From positions 1-42,683 of the forward strand of contig JBFMHF010000053.1 in assembly GCA_040752975.1 (NCBI GenBank): a DNA stretch of 42,683 nt, written 5' to 3'. The notes under the pieces are model-generated. The model made no database searches and was not told the origin of the DNA. It worked only from the letters and a program-made list of their open reading frames with translations. This DNA is from Myxococcota bacterium. Its GTDB lineage: Bacteria > Myxococcota > Myxococcia > Myxococcales > Myxococcaceae. The translations under genes were made by a program, and so were the position numbers. Positions 1-8,843 of this stretch are shown here, piece after piece (the first letter of the stretch is position 1; each line of letters opens with the position of its first letter).

Positions 1-243
1 CTGGATGCAGCTCGTCTCCAGCGTGTAGCTCTGCGGGTTCTGCTGGCTCAGGTACACCGCGCCCGCGAAGAGCTGCGCCCGCGTCAGCGTCACGTCGAAG
101 CCCGCGGGCGTGGTGAAGGACAGGGGGCCGCCCGAGACGACGGCTGGGTCCCCCGAGGCCTGCGCGGAGAACTCCACCAGGCGGCCGCCCGTCGTCTGGA
201 CACAGCCGGAGAGGAAGAGGAGGGACAACGCGAGGCGCTTCAC
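1..243 (-). CDS. Putative lipoprotein, 5' part only (the gene continues beyond the left edge of the window)
   Basis: The reverse strand reads GTG-KRLALSLLFLSGCVQTTGG..., which carries a lipobox (LSGC). The GTG start overlaps the TGA stop of the upstream TonB-dependent receptor as GTGA, which fits translational coupling. The frame stays open to position 1. It is missing from the ORF track because the start is GTG and the ORF is partial. Confidence 0.45.
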   Translation of the reverse strand, partial: MKRLALSLLFLSGCVQTTGGRLVEFSAQASGDPAVVSGGPLSFTTPAGFDVTLTRAQLFAGAVYLSQQNPQSYTLETSCIQ

Positions 244-2816
244 GGCTCACCTCCGAGGTGGAAGGCCAGCGACAGCATGACGGCGCGCGGCGCGCCGGCG
301 CTGAAGTGCCGCACGGGGACGAGGGTGGGCAGGCTGCCCGAGGTGCGGAAGTCGCTGGCGTAGTTGTATTCGCCGAGGCGGTACCTCGCCCCGAAGAGGT
401 TGGTCATCGCGAAGCCGAGGGACACCCACCTCCACCCCACCTCGACGTTCAAGTCGGTGACGAAGATGACGTCGCTGCGCTGGCCGTAGGGCAGCGCGCG
501 GCGGCCTACCCAGGTGACGCCCATTCCCAGGCGGCCCACCAGCGGCGCGCCCAGCGGCTTGAAGAAGGGCAGGGCGTGGAAGAGGGCGCCGTCGGCCCGC
601 AGCACCACGTCGGGCACGTACGGCACCAACAGCCCGGTGTCGTCGAACTGCGAGCGCACCCAGGTGAAGTTGGCGGACACGTCGTAGAAGCGCCCCCGTC
701 CCCGCGCGGCCAGCATCGTCCCCAGGCGCGAGGTGCTGCCGCCCAGGGTGGCGCGGCCCTCCTGTGGGTTGAAGACGAGGTCCTTGTCCACGCGCGTGCC
801 GAAGAGGACGGCGCGGGCCGACACGTCCTGCGCGCCGAAGCGCCGGGACAGGGCCGCGCCGCCCTCCCACGCGAAGATGCTGGCGAAGGGCGTGTCGAGG
901 TTCTGGGTGATGAACTGAGGGTCGGCGCTGCGCACCCCGGTGCCGACGCTGCCTGAGAGCGTGATGCCCTCCCAGGGCCCGAGCAGCAGCGTGCCGCGCG
1001 GCATCAGCACCGCCCCGGTGGTGGAGTTGCGCTCCGTCGGGTCCCGGTACTTCCCGAAGTCACGCTGCGAGAGGCAGGACTCGTCGCCGGGCGGGTTGGT
1101 GGTGCTGGGGCGGCGCACTTCCTTCGCGGCGCACTCGTCCAGCACGTCGTACGTCAGCACCTCGGCGCGCAGCCCGCCGCGCAGGGTAAGCCACCACACC
1201 GGCGAGACGTTCAAGTCGACGTACGCGCCGATGTCCGACAGCTTCGAGGAGAGGTCGTAGTCGCGCAGGTAGGGCACGTTGCCGCCCGCCTCCACCCGCG
1301 TCTGCAGCGCGTCCACCACGTCGAAGCGGAAGAAGTAGCCGGCCTCGACTTCCTGGATGCGCTCGAAGAGCCGCACCTTCCACCGCGCGTCACCCCGCGC
1401 GCCCACGGTGAAGCCCGACGTGTCGCGGTCGATGAGGTCGCCGCGCTGCGGGTGCGGGCTCTGCTGCGGCAGTTGGGCGTCTTCGAGGAAGCCGGTGAAG
1501 TTCTCGAGGATGCGTGTGGACCGGAAGACGAAGAAGGCCGACTGGTCCCACGAGAGGTTCCCCTGGTGTCCGTGGAGGTCGAAGTGCACCTGCGCACGCA
1601 GGCTGTCGCCTCCCTGGCGCGAGTCGTAGGTGCCGTAGAAGTCGACGAGGCCATTCACCACGTCGTCCGCGCGCAGCAGCCCGGCCGAGCGGTAGTTGGC
1701 CGCGTAGCCCGACGCGCCCAGGCGGAAGCTGGTGTGCTCCGACAGCTGCCCTTCGTACTGGGCCACCGCCTTTGCGTTGCTCGCCCCGCGGTTCTGCCCG
1801 AAGCCCGAGGTGCGGAAGAGCTGCACGCCGCCGAAGGTGCGCGTCGACTCGCCTGGCGGCCCCCACAGCGCCACCAGCCGCGCGGTGTCGAAGCTGCCGT
1901 AACCGCCCTTCACCGTGAGGCCGCGCTCGGGCAGGCCCAGCTGGTAGTCGGCGCTGCCCGCCACCGCGAAGTTGCCCTGCCGGGGGTCGAAGGGCCCTTC
2001 CAGCACGCGCAGGTTCTCCACCAGCTCGGGGATGAGGAAGTTCAAGTCGGCGAAGCCGTTGCCGTGCAGGTTCCCCAGCTCGTTGATGGGTACGCCGTCG
2101 ACGGTCAGCTCGAGGTCCTGCCCTTCGCGCGCGTCGAAGCCGCGGAGGAAGATCTGCTCGGGGTGCCCCTCGCCGCCCTCGTTGGTGAGGAGAATGCCCG
2201 GCGCCAGCTTGAGGAAGTCGGCGGCGCTGCGGCGGGGCACCACCTGCAATTCGCCCACCTCCAACTGGAGGTCGGACGCCCCGCGCGACTTGGGCACGCT
2301 GCGCCCAAGCACCGTGGTGGACATCTCGTGGCTCGGGTGGCCGGCGTCGGGGGCCTCCGCCACCGTGAAGGCGAGGTCGTTGGCCTCTGGAGGAGGGAGG
2401 CCGGCGTCGTCCGGTGGCGGAGGTGCTGGGAGGACACCGGCGTCCTCCGGCGGAGCCTCGCCCGCGTCCTGCGCCAGCACCGCCGCGGGCATGGTGAAGG
2501 AGAGTCGCGTGCGGGCCGCCACCTCCTGCCCCTCGTGCCTGGCCGGCTTGAAGCGCCACTTCGCCAGCGCCGACGCGGCGGCCCGGTCCCACACGTCGCC
2601 GGCGGACTCCACCACGTGAATGTCCACGGCCCGGCCGTCGGTGCCGACGGTGAACTCGAGCAGCACGTGGTCCTGCAGCGGCGGCGGCGCGTCGGGAGGC
2701 AGCGTGGCGTCGACGCGCTCCACCACCTCGGGTGGAGTCACCTCGGCGCGCACGGCCGCCGGGGCCAGCACGAGCGCGAGACCGACGGCGACGACAGTGG
2801 AGTGGAGTGAGCTCAT
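240..2816 (-). CDS. TonB-dependent outer-membrane receptor with an N-terminal TonB_C-like domain
   Basis: ORF 240..3029. The likely true start is the ATG at 2816 (MSSLHSTVVAVGLALVLAPAAVRA, a signal peptide). A TonB C-terminal-like motif follows (LLEFTVGTDGRAVDIHVVESAGDVWDRAAASALAKWRFKP). Then come a Pro-rich linker, plug-like motifs (IFLRGF...VDGVPINE) and a long beta-barrel region. Confidence 0.85.
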   Translation of the reverse strand: MSSLHSTVVAVGLALVLAPAAVRAEVTPPEVVERVDATLPPDAPPPLQDHVLLEFTVGTDGRAVDIHVVESAGDVWDRAAASALAKWRFKPARHEGQEVAARTRLSFTMPAAVLAQDAGEAPPEDAGVLPAPPPPDDAGLPPPEANDLAFTVAEAPDAGHPSHEMSTTVLGRSVPKSRGASDLQLEVGELQVVPRRSAADFLKLAPGILLTNEGGEGHPEQIFLRGFDAREGQDLELTVDGVPINELGNLHGNGFADLNFLIPELVENLRVLEGPFDPRQGNFAVAGSADYQLGLPERGLTVKGGYGSFDTARLVALWGPPGESTRTFGGVQLFRTSGFGQNRGASNAKAVAQYEGQLSEHTSFRLGASGYAANYRSAGLLRADDVVNGLVDFYGTYDSRQGGDSLRAQVHFDLHGHQGNLSWDQSAFFVFRSTRILENFTGFLEDAQLPQQSPHPQRGDLIDRDTSGFTVGARGDARWKVRLFERIQEVEAGYFFRFDVVDALQTRVEAGGNVPYLRDYDLSSKLSDIGAYVDLNVSPVWWLTLRGGLRAEVLTYDVLDECAAKEVRRPSTTNPPGDESCLSQRDFGKYRDPTERNSTTGAVLMPRGTLLLGPWEGITLSGSVGTGVRSADPQFITQNLDTPFASIFAWEGGAALSRRFGAQDVSARAVLFGTRVDKDLVFNPQEGRATLGGSTSRLGTMLAARGRGRFYDVSANFTWVRSQFDDTGLLVPYVPDVVLRADGALFHALPFFKPLGAPLVGRLGMGVTWVGRRALPYGQRSDVIFVTDLNVEVGWRWVSLGFAMTNLFGARYRLGEYNYASDFRTSGSLPTLVPVRHFSAGAPRAVMLSLAFHLGGEP

Positions 2817-2971
2817 GAGCGGGCCGGAAGACGACGACGCTTCCTGGTGACGGCGAGGTGGAAAGGAGCGCGCCGACGGGAAGGACCCCGGGCGCGAAGC
2901 CGGTGCGAGTGGGCCGCCCTCCTGCGTCCTGGTGCTGGAGGGCGCTGCCCGCGACACGCCCGAGCGGCGTG

Positions 2972-3361
2972 TCAGCTCGTCGCGGGCGGGGAGGCCTTCG
3001 GCGCGACCACCAGGGGCGGTGCGGTCCACGCCGTCTCGTGCGTCCGCAGCTCACGCGAGACGACGGCGCGTCGGGCATCCACGTGCGCCACCGGCGGGTG
3101 CAGCGGCCGGGCGCTGACGCGAGACCAGGCTACGGCCTCGCAGGAGTCCGTGTCCTCCCAGGTGGTCGCGGACTGGAGCGACTCCTCGCACACGCTGCCG
3201 CCCTCGTGCTGGTGCGCCCCGTGCGCCCGGGGGCTGGCCTCCACCACCGCACCCGTCGAGGACAGGGTGTGCGCGACGAAGGCCATGTGCGTGGCGCCGG
3301 CGAGGTGCGCCAGCACCGTCACCACCGTGAGGACCGCGCGCGGGCTGAAGAGCCGGGCCAT
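2972..3361 (-). CDS. Small secreted His/Cys-containing protein, the first gene of the TonB-receptor operon
   Basis: Signal peptide MARLFSPRAVLTVVTVLAHLAGA. High GC3. His-rich (HMAFVAHT...HGAHQHEGGSVCEE). Same strand as the receptor and directly upstream of it. Confidence 0.45.
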   Translation of the reverse strand: MARLFSPRAVLTVVTVLAHLAGATHMAFVAHTLSSTGAVVEASPRAHGAHQHEGGSVCEESLQSATTWEDTDSCEAVAWSRVSARPLHPPVAHVDARRAVVSRELRTHETAWTAPPLVVAPKASPPATS

Positions 3362-3461
3362 CGCGCCTCATGGATAGGAAGGCCGCGCCCCGGCTGTCAA
3401 GCGTTCCTGTAGCTCAGTTGCAACAACGCGCCCGGGGCGAAAGCGCGCTACACCGGGCCTG

Positions 3462-4004
3462 ATGCCGACCGAGCCGTCCCCGCCCTCGAAGGGGAAGACG
3501 CTGGCCATCGTGCTGGGTGTGGTGGCGGTGGCCGCCGTGGTGAGCTGCCTCGCCGCGGGGCTGCTCTTGAAGAAGGTGGCCGAAGACGCGCTGGGCCCCG
3601 AGAAGTGGCGCGCGGACGCCATCGCCCCCGCCGACCTGCCGAAGGTGTACGGCGTGGCGCTGGCCACCCGGCCGCCGGTGATGCGCAGCCGCGTGGGTGG
3701 CTTTCAGGACCCCATCTACGAGGTGCTGTTCCTCCTGCCGCCCGGAGGCGAGGCGCCCTTCCTGACGGCCAACGGCCTGCGCCGCGACGCCACCGGCGAG
3801 GTGTCCTTCGGCCCGGGCCTCGACGACGCGAAGGTGGAGCTGCGCGTGCACCAACCCGGCGCCAGCGCCCTCACCGTCACGCCGCTGGCGGGCCTCGAGG
3901 ACCTCTTCGGCGGCGACGGCGGCTACGTGGAGCTCTTCCGCTCCGGGGCGCTGCTGGAGGCCGATGGGCAGACGTGGGTGTACCTCGTGGCCTTCGGCAC
4001 CTGA
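3462..4004 (+). CDS. Membrane-anchored hypothetical protein
   Basis: ATG with an N-terminal TM helix (LAIVLGVVAVAAVVSCLAAGLLL). High-GC3 codon usage. 180 aa. Confidence 0.55.
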   Translation: MPTEPSPPSKGKTLAIVLGVVAVAAVVSCLAAGLLLKKVAEDALGPEKWRADAIAPADLPKVYGVALATRPPVMRSRVGGFQDPIYEVLFLLPPGGEAPFLTANGLRRDATGEVSFGPGLDDAKVELRVHQPGASALTVTPLAGLEDLFGGDGGYVELFRSGALLEADGQTWVYLVAFGT

Positions 4005-4158
4005 CGCCCCTGAAGGAGAAGGTGGGCAAGCGCGTACACTCGCCGCAGAGGTGAGGCGCGGTCCGCCGTAGCGCTGGGCGCAACAGTGGAGCGCGTGTGC
4101 CTGTCGACAGTCCGGCCTCAGCGGGGCGGCGGTTTCTCACTTTCCGAGGAGATCGCCG

Positions 4159-4176
4159 CTGGCAGGGCGCTTGCGA
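4159..4176 (+). promoter_or_regulatory. Candidate sigma-54 (-24/-12) promoter, cTGGCAGggcgcTTGCG
   Basis: The GG and GC elements have the canonical 10-bp spacing. It lies ~45 bp upstream of the ATG at 4222. GG-N10-GC matches arise by chance at this GC content. Confidence 0.25.
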
Positions 4177-4221
4177 TGGAGGGGAAGCGTCTTCGTTCCC
4201 TCTCACCCTCTGGAGTCCGCC

Positions 4222-4914
4222 ATGAAGATCAACCAGCCCACCGTTCGCACGCAGCCCCGCGCCGTCGCCTCCACCTCGCCCGCGCGTCCACAAAGCGCCC
4301 CGCGCCCCACGGGCCACTCGGACCAGAGCGTCTTCGAGTCGCCCACCCACGACAGCGGCCGGGTGAAGGGCCAGTACAACCGGGGGCAGCACGGGGGGAG
4401 GGCGAGGGTGGGCGCCGGGCTGCAGTGGGGCTACTCCCTCGAGCAGCAGGGCATCAAGAACGTGAAGGAGCAGGGCAAGGCGCTCTACCAGGCCACCTTG
4501 ATGAAGGCGAAGCTGGGCACCTTCGCGCCACTCAGCTGGGACACGAAGATCATCAACGGCCAGGTGTACCTGCGCCCGCGCTCGCACCAGGCGGATCGCC
4601 TCAAGGAGTGGGGCGACCCGACCCGCTGGAAGCACGCGTCTGAGGTGCTCAGCCCCGGGCACGCGGCGGCGGTGCAGCGCGGCTACGAGCGGCAGCAGGC
4701 CTTCAACGCGGCGCACCCGGACCTCTCCCCCATCGAAGCGCGGCAGGCCTTCGTGATGGAGAATGGCCTGCGCAAGCACATCGGCGGCGGGCTGCTGAAG
4801 AAGGACCCCGAGACCGGCCTGTGGGTGAACCGCGCGGGCGAAGCGTGGAAGAACGACGGCTCCAAGTCCGACGTCAACATCGGCGAGCGGGCCAAGGCGC
4901 TGTTCGGAGAGTGA
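4222..4914 (+). CDS. Hypothetical protein, 230 aa, no signal peptide, disordered N-terminus
   Basis: ATG at MKINQPT, preceded by GGAG. Strong GC3 bias throughout. No recognisable family. Confidence 0.6.
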   Translation: MKINQPTVRTQPRAVASTSPARPQSAPRPTGHSDQSVFESPTHDSGRVKGQYNRGQHGGRARVGAGLQWGYSLEQQGIKNVKEQGKALYQATLMKAKLGTFAPLSWDTKIINGQVYLRPRSHQADRLKEWGDPTRWKHASEVLSPGHAAAVQRGYERQQAFNAAHPDLSPIEARQAFVMENGLRKHIGGGLLKKDPETGLWVNRAGEAWKNDGSKSDVNIGERAKALFGE

Positions 4915-4918
4915 ATCC

Positions 4919-5140
4919 TCAGGGTCGCCAGGGCTCCAGCGTGCTCGTGCCGTGGGTCGCCTGCTTCACCTGCGCGCTGATGACGCAGATGTGGAGCAGG
5001 TGGCCGCGGCGGGTGGTGTTCACCAGGAGCGAATGGGGCGCCACCGCGCGCTCGAGCTGCTTGAGCTCGGCCTCGAAGTGGGCCAGCTCCTGACGAATGG
5101 CGGGCGAGCGCTTGTCGAAGGTCCGCTCGAGGGTGGCCAT
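4919..5140 (-). CDS. Small hypothetical protein (~73 aa), convergent with the upstream gene
   Basis: ATG at MATLERTFDKRSPAIRQELAHFEAELKQLERAV. High GC3. It is a shortened version of track ORF 4919..5266. Confidence 0.4.
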   Translation of the reverse strand: MATLERTFDKRSPAIRQELAHFEAELKQLERAVAPHSLLVNTTRRGHLLHICVISAQVKQATHGTSTLEPWRP

Positions 5141-5195
5141 CGTCAGCGCTCCAGGAACTCGTGCACGGCGGCCTTGATGCGATCCCAGGCTCACT

Positions 5196-5675
5196 TTACG
5201 GCCCCAGACGGCCCTTGCCGGCGTCTTTGCCGCGCGGCAGGTCAGCGGGGGAGCGCGGGGCTCCACCCCTGGCCTCGTGGGCCAGCGCGCGCAGCACCTC
5301 GAGCGCCTCTTCCGCGCGCGCCGAAGGAACGAAGATGTAGTCGCGGTGAAACGCCGACACGATGTTGATGGACATCGCAGCGCGGGCGAGGCGCTCGGAC
5401 ACGGCCGCGAGGAAGCCGACGGCGTACAGCGAGGAGTTCACATTGAGCGAGATGCCGCGGCAGAAGAAGGCGTGCGGCAGGCCGGACTTCGCCAGGTCCT
5501 TCTCGTCGAGGAGCAGCGTGAGGCCCTCGGGCTCGCGGTACGTCATCAGCGGCGAGAGGCCTGGAGGCGTCGGCTTCCCATTGGCCACCGTGACGAAGGC
5601 GTAGACGCCCTCGAGCAGAGAGGGCTGCATCGTCCGCAGCAGTTGCTGCAGGTTCTTCTCCGGCGTGGGCCCCAC
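5196..5675 (-). CDS. ACT-domain-containing protein (ACT_7-like)
   Basis: YAFVTVANG...PLMTYREPEGLTLLLDEKD...SINIVSAFHRDYIFVP is typical of small ACT-domain proteins. The start could be the internal Met at 5630. Confidence 0.6.
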   Translation of the reverse strand: MGPTPEKNLQQLLRTMQPSLLEGVYAFVTVANGKPTPPGLSPLMTYREPEGLTLLLDEKDLAKSGLPHAFFCRGISLNVNSSLYAVGFLAAVSERLARAAMSINIVSAFHRDYIFVPSARAEEALEVLRALAHEARGGAPRSPADLPRGKDAGKGRLGP

Positions 5676-5692
5676 CGGAGGGCGGGTTTACC

Positions 5693-6526
5693 TCAGAAGC
5701 GCCCAGACACCACCAGCGCCGCCGCGCCCGACGTGGGGTCCACGGACAGTGCGACGGTGGGTGTCTCGCGCGCGCCCAGCACGGCCAGCGTCGTCCCCGT
5801 CGCCAGCAGCGCGCCGCCAGCGATGACGCAGACCCAGCCCACCGTCTGGAAGGTCTTCCCCTGCGACGCGAGCGCCTCGGCTTCGGTGAGCGTCAGCGGC
5901 GGCCCGCCAGTCCCCGCGACGGGGATGGCGTCGGCCTTCGACTTCGCCTGGAGCAGCAGCACGGTGCCGGCGATGACCGAGGCGAGGCCAGCCCCGCCCA
6001 CCGCGTAGCCGACCGGCCCCATCACACTCTTCTTCGGTGTCTCGCGCGGCGCGAGGTCTCTGCCCAGCTCCCGCGCTGCCTCAGTGGCCAGCGCCAGCGC
6101 GCCCTGGTCCATCAAGTCCAGAAGCGCGCCCTCGGAGCTGACGCGCTGCGAGAAGGTGCTGACGATGCGCGCGTCCTTCGCGGAGATGACCTTGAGGTCG
6201 AGGCGGAAGCCGTCGTCCAGCCGGCCCACCTGTCCGAAGATGACGCCGTCGGTGCCCAGCGCCGCGGCGATCTCCGCCACTCAGCTGTCGCCTCCTCCGC
6301 AGCCCAGCATCTGCTTCTGCCGCTCGACGCCGAGCAACTGGGCGATGGCCTTGGCGGTGGTGACGCGCACGCCGGCGCGGGTGAGGCTCGAGGCGAGGGC
6401 CTCGGTGTAGAAGGCGCTGCGCTCGGCCGAGAGGTCCATCACCGAGAGGTCGGGCGCGGCCAGCTTGAGTGGCTCGGCCAGGGCGGGCAGCGACGACAAG
6501 AGCAGCAGCAGGGCGCTCGTTCGCAT
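5693..6526 (-). pseudogene. Secreted/membrane protein with a TolB_N/CsgG-like periplasmic domain, interrupted by an in-frame TGA at ~6281..6283
   Basis: Track ORFs 6281..6802 and 5693..6280 are contiguous in one frame. The first has a true ATG near 6526 (signal peptide MRTSALLLLLSSLPALA). One conserved domain spans the stop: ...AKAIAQLLGVERQKQMLGCGGGDS-TGA-V-AEIAAALGTDGVIFGQVGRLDDGFRLDLKVISAKDARIV. Two C-terminal TM helices follow. Confidence 0.5.
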
Positions 6527-6527
6527 G

Positions 6528-8786
6528 TCATTCCTCGAAGCAGTAGAGGAGGGCCGTGTTGCCGCAGGCCAGGTTGGCGACGTACCAGGCGTTGCTCCGC
6601 GTCGAGAGGATTCTCCCCGTTCGCCCCGGCGGCGCCCCGGCGTCCGTCCAGTCGTCACAGCTCGCGCCGCTGGGCGAGACAGCGTTGGGGGCGCCGCCCG
6701 TCCAGACGCTGTATGCACCCAGTTGCTGCACGCCGTCGGCGTGGACGTTGATGGGCGCGAGCAGGCGGTCGGCGGCGAGCGGGCTGTCGAGGTCCAGCGC
6801 ACGGGCGAAGAGCTTCACTCCGTCGGGGCGGTACCAGGTGGGCCCGGTGAGGTTGAGCAGCGCCGCGGCCCGCGTCGTCGAAGAGGAGCGCAGCGCCACG
6901 AAGTTCCCGTCGAGGCCGGCGTCGCGCGCCTCGGCGATGCAGGCGGCGTTGGCCGCGGTGGGCGGCAGCGCTCCGGTGAAGAGGCCGCGGGTGACGAAGG
7001 CGATGCGGCCTCCGTCGGGGACGGAGAGCGGAGGGAGTGGCGCCTCGTTGCCCGTCTCGAGGCAGAGGAGAGTGGCGAGGGCGTAGCCGCAGCCGCGCGT
7101 CGGCGGCTGGGTGAACCACTGGCCCGATGAGCCGATCTCGATGGCGCCGCCGATGGGGCCGGCGTCGACGCCGACGGTCCAGCCCTGGCAATGCGCGGTG
7201 GCGCTGCCGAGCCAGGCGATGGTCAACACCTCCCGCGTCCCGTCGGCGTGGCGGTCCAGGGCATAGAGGAAGCGGCCCGCGTCGAGGTCGCCCAGCGTGT
7301 CCAGCCAGGGGTCGCCCTGCACGTTGACCCACCCGCGGCTCGTGCCGAGGCGATCGAGGATGGACTGGGACGGTCCGGCGAGGAGCGCGATGAAGCGATC
7401 GGCGTTGGGGAGGCCCGCGTCCTGCGCAGCGGCCTGGCACAGCGGGTGAGGCGAGGCGAAGGGACTGGGAATGATGCCGTTGGACACGCTGCCCAGGACG
7501 AAAGCCCGGTTGAAGGGCTGGAAGGAGGCTTCGACCGCGCCCGCGTCGTCCGACAACGTCAGCGGGCAGGCGCCGCGCCCGAAGCTCTGGCAGAGGCCTG
7601 GGCCCCAGCGGGTGAAGGCGTAGCCGCCATCGGGGCTCGCCGTCAGCACGCCCGAGGTCCCGCGCCGCGCCCGGTAGACGCAGACGCCCGTGGGAGACGC
7701 CGCGCACGCCACGCCGCCGTCGAAGCCGGTGACGAACCCTGCGTTGACGGCCGCGCCCGGCGTCCGCACCGTCAGGGTCGACAGTCCGAAGCCCACGCCG
7801 GCCAACGCGACGTCTTGAGAGGGCAGCGTCATCGACGTCACCCGCACCACCGCGCTCTCGGGCGCCTCCGCGACCGGGCTGAACGTCACCTGGAAGCTGC
7901 AGCCCGCGTCGGGCGCGTAGTTGCCGGTGCAGGTGCTGTTGCTCGTCTGGAACCCGGTTCCCGCAGGCACCACCGTCAAGCTGGGCGCGGCCAGCGTGGC
8001 ATTCCCGGTGTTCCTGAACTGCACGGTGACCGGCGGCGCGGCGCTGCCCCACTCCACTTCTCCGAAGTCGATCTGCTGCGGAGTGAGTGAGAAGGAGTAG
8101 CCCGCCGGGTTGGTGACGCCCGAGAGCGCCAGGGTAGCCCCAGCGTTGGTCGCCACCGCCGACAGCGTCGCCGTCTCCGTGCCCACGTTCGAGTTGGTGA
8201 AGCGGACGTCAATGGTGCACGAGCCGGCCACGGCGAGCGTGGAGGTGCAGGTCTGGGAGCTCACCTGGAAGTAGGGGTTGTCGACAGACACGGAGAGGCC
8301 CACCGCGTCTGCGGTGCCCATGTTGTCCAGGGTGAAGCTCAGCGTCTGCATCCCGCCCTGGGGGATGACGAACTGGGTGCTGGTGACGGCCGAGAGCGTC
8401 AGCGCCGGCTGGGGCAGGCCGGAGTCCACCCCGCCGCCGCCACCTCCTCCTGTGCCTCCTCCGCCCGTGCCCCCTCCTGCGCCGGCGTCGTCGCCCCCAC
8501 CGCCCGCGCCGCCGCCCGCACCACCGCCGCCCATGCCGCCGCCGGCGCCCCCGCCCGCACCGCCTTGTCCGCCGTCGATGGCGCCGCCCCCTCCAGCGCC
8601 TCCTCCGATGCCTCCACCGCTGCCTCCACCAGCGCCTCCGCCCGCACCTCCGTCCGCGAGGCAGAGGCCCGCGGCGACGCAGTCATCGACGCGCTGGTCG
8701 AAGTCGATGCACGCAGCCCACCCGACGACGGCGAGTACGGCCATGGAGAGACGAAGACGCACGGGGAACCTCCGGTGGGCGAGCAC
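6528..8786 (-). CDS. Large secreted lipoprotein: Gly-rich linker, choice-of-anchor-D/HYDIN-like Ig folds, and two tandem ~140-aa Cys-containing C-terminal domains (DUF1554-like)
   Basis: Lipoprotein signal (MAVLAVVGWAAC). A (GGAGGG)n low-complexity stretch. ASPM/HYDIN-like motifs (FGEVEWGSAAPPVTVQFRNTGNATL...CSFQVTFSP). An internally duplicated C-terminal module (RAFVLGSVSNG.../RIAFVTRGLFTG...). Confidence 0.7.
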   Translation of the reverse strand: MLAHRRFPVRLRLSMAVLAVVGWAACIDFDQRVDDCVAAGLCLADGGAGGGAGGGSGGGIGGGAGGGGAIDGGQGGAGGGAGGGMGGGGAGGGAGGGGDDAGAGGGTGGGGTGGGGGGGVDSGLPQPALTLSAVTSTQFVIPQGGMQTLSFTLDNMGTADAVGLSVSVDNPYFQVSSQTCTSTLAVAGSCTIDVRFTNSNVGTETATLSAVATNAGATLALSGVTNPAGYSFSLTPQQIDFGEVEWGSAAPPVTVQFRNTGNATLAAPSLTVVPAGTGFQTSNSTCTGNYAPDAGCSFQVTFSPVAEAPESAVVRVTSMTLPSQDVALAGVGFGLSTLTVRTPGAAVNAGFVTGFDGGVACAASPTGVCVYRARRGTSGVLTASPDGGYAFTRWGPGLCQSFGRGACPLTLSDDAGAVEASFQPFNRAFVLGSVSNGIIPSPFASPHPLCQAAAQDAGLPNADRFIALLAGPSQSILDRLGTSRGWVNVQGDPWLDTLGDLDAGRFLYALDRHADGTREVLTIAWLGSATAHCQGWTVGVDAGPIGGAIEIGSSGQWFTQPPTRGCGYALATLLCLETGNEAPLPPLSVPDGGRIAFVTRGLFTGALPPTAANAACIAEARDAGLDGNFVALRSSSTTRAAALLNLTGPTWYRPDGVKLFARALDLDSPLAADRLLAPINVHADGVQQLGAYSVWTGGAPNAVSPSGASCDDWTDAGAPPGRTGRILSTRSNAWYVANLACGNTALLYCFEE

Positions 8787-8843
8787 AGCAAGGCCACCCG
8801 CGGAGGGAATCAGGGGTTTCCCTGAAGACGCGCTGTTTCAGTG

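Noticed and set aside
3396-3440. tRNA-like start ...cctgtagctcagttgcaac...
   Set aside because: The sequence resembles the tRNA D-arm (TAGCTCAGTTGG), but there is no GGTAGAGC continuation, no anticodon stem and no T-loop (GTTCGAATC). It is probably a chance match within the promoter region of the 3462 gene.
6281-6283. Selenocysteine recoding of the in-frame TGA
   Set aside because: No SECIS-like hairpin is evident immediately downstream, and the window contains no selA/selB/selD genes. A pseudogene or sequencing error is more parsimonious, so this was kept only as a note under the pseudogene finding.
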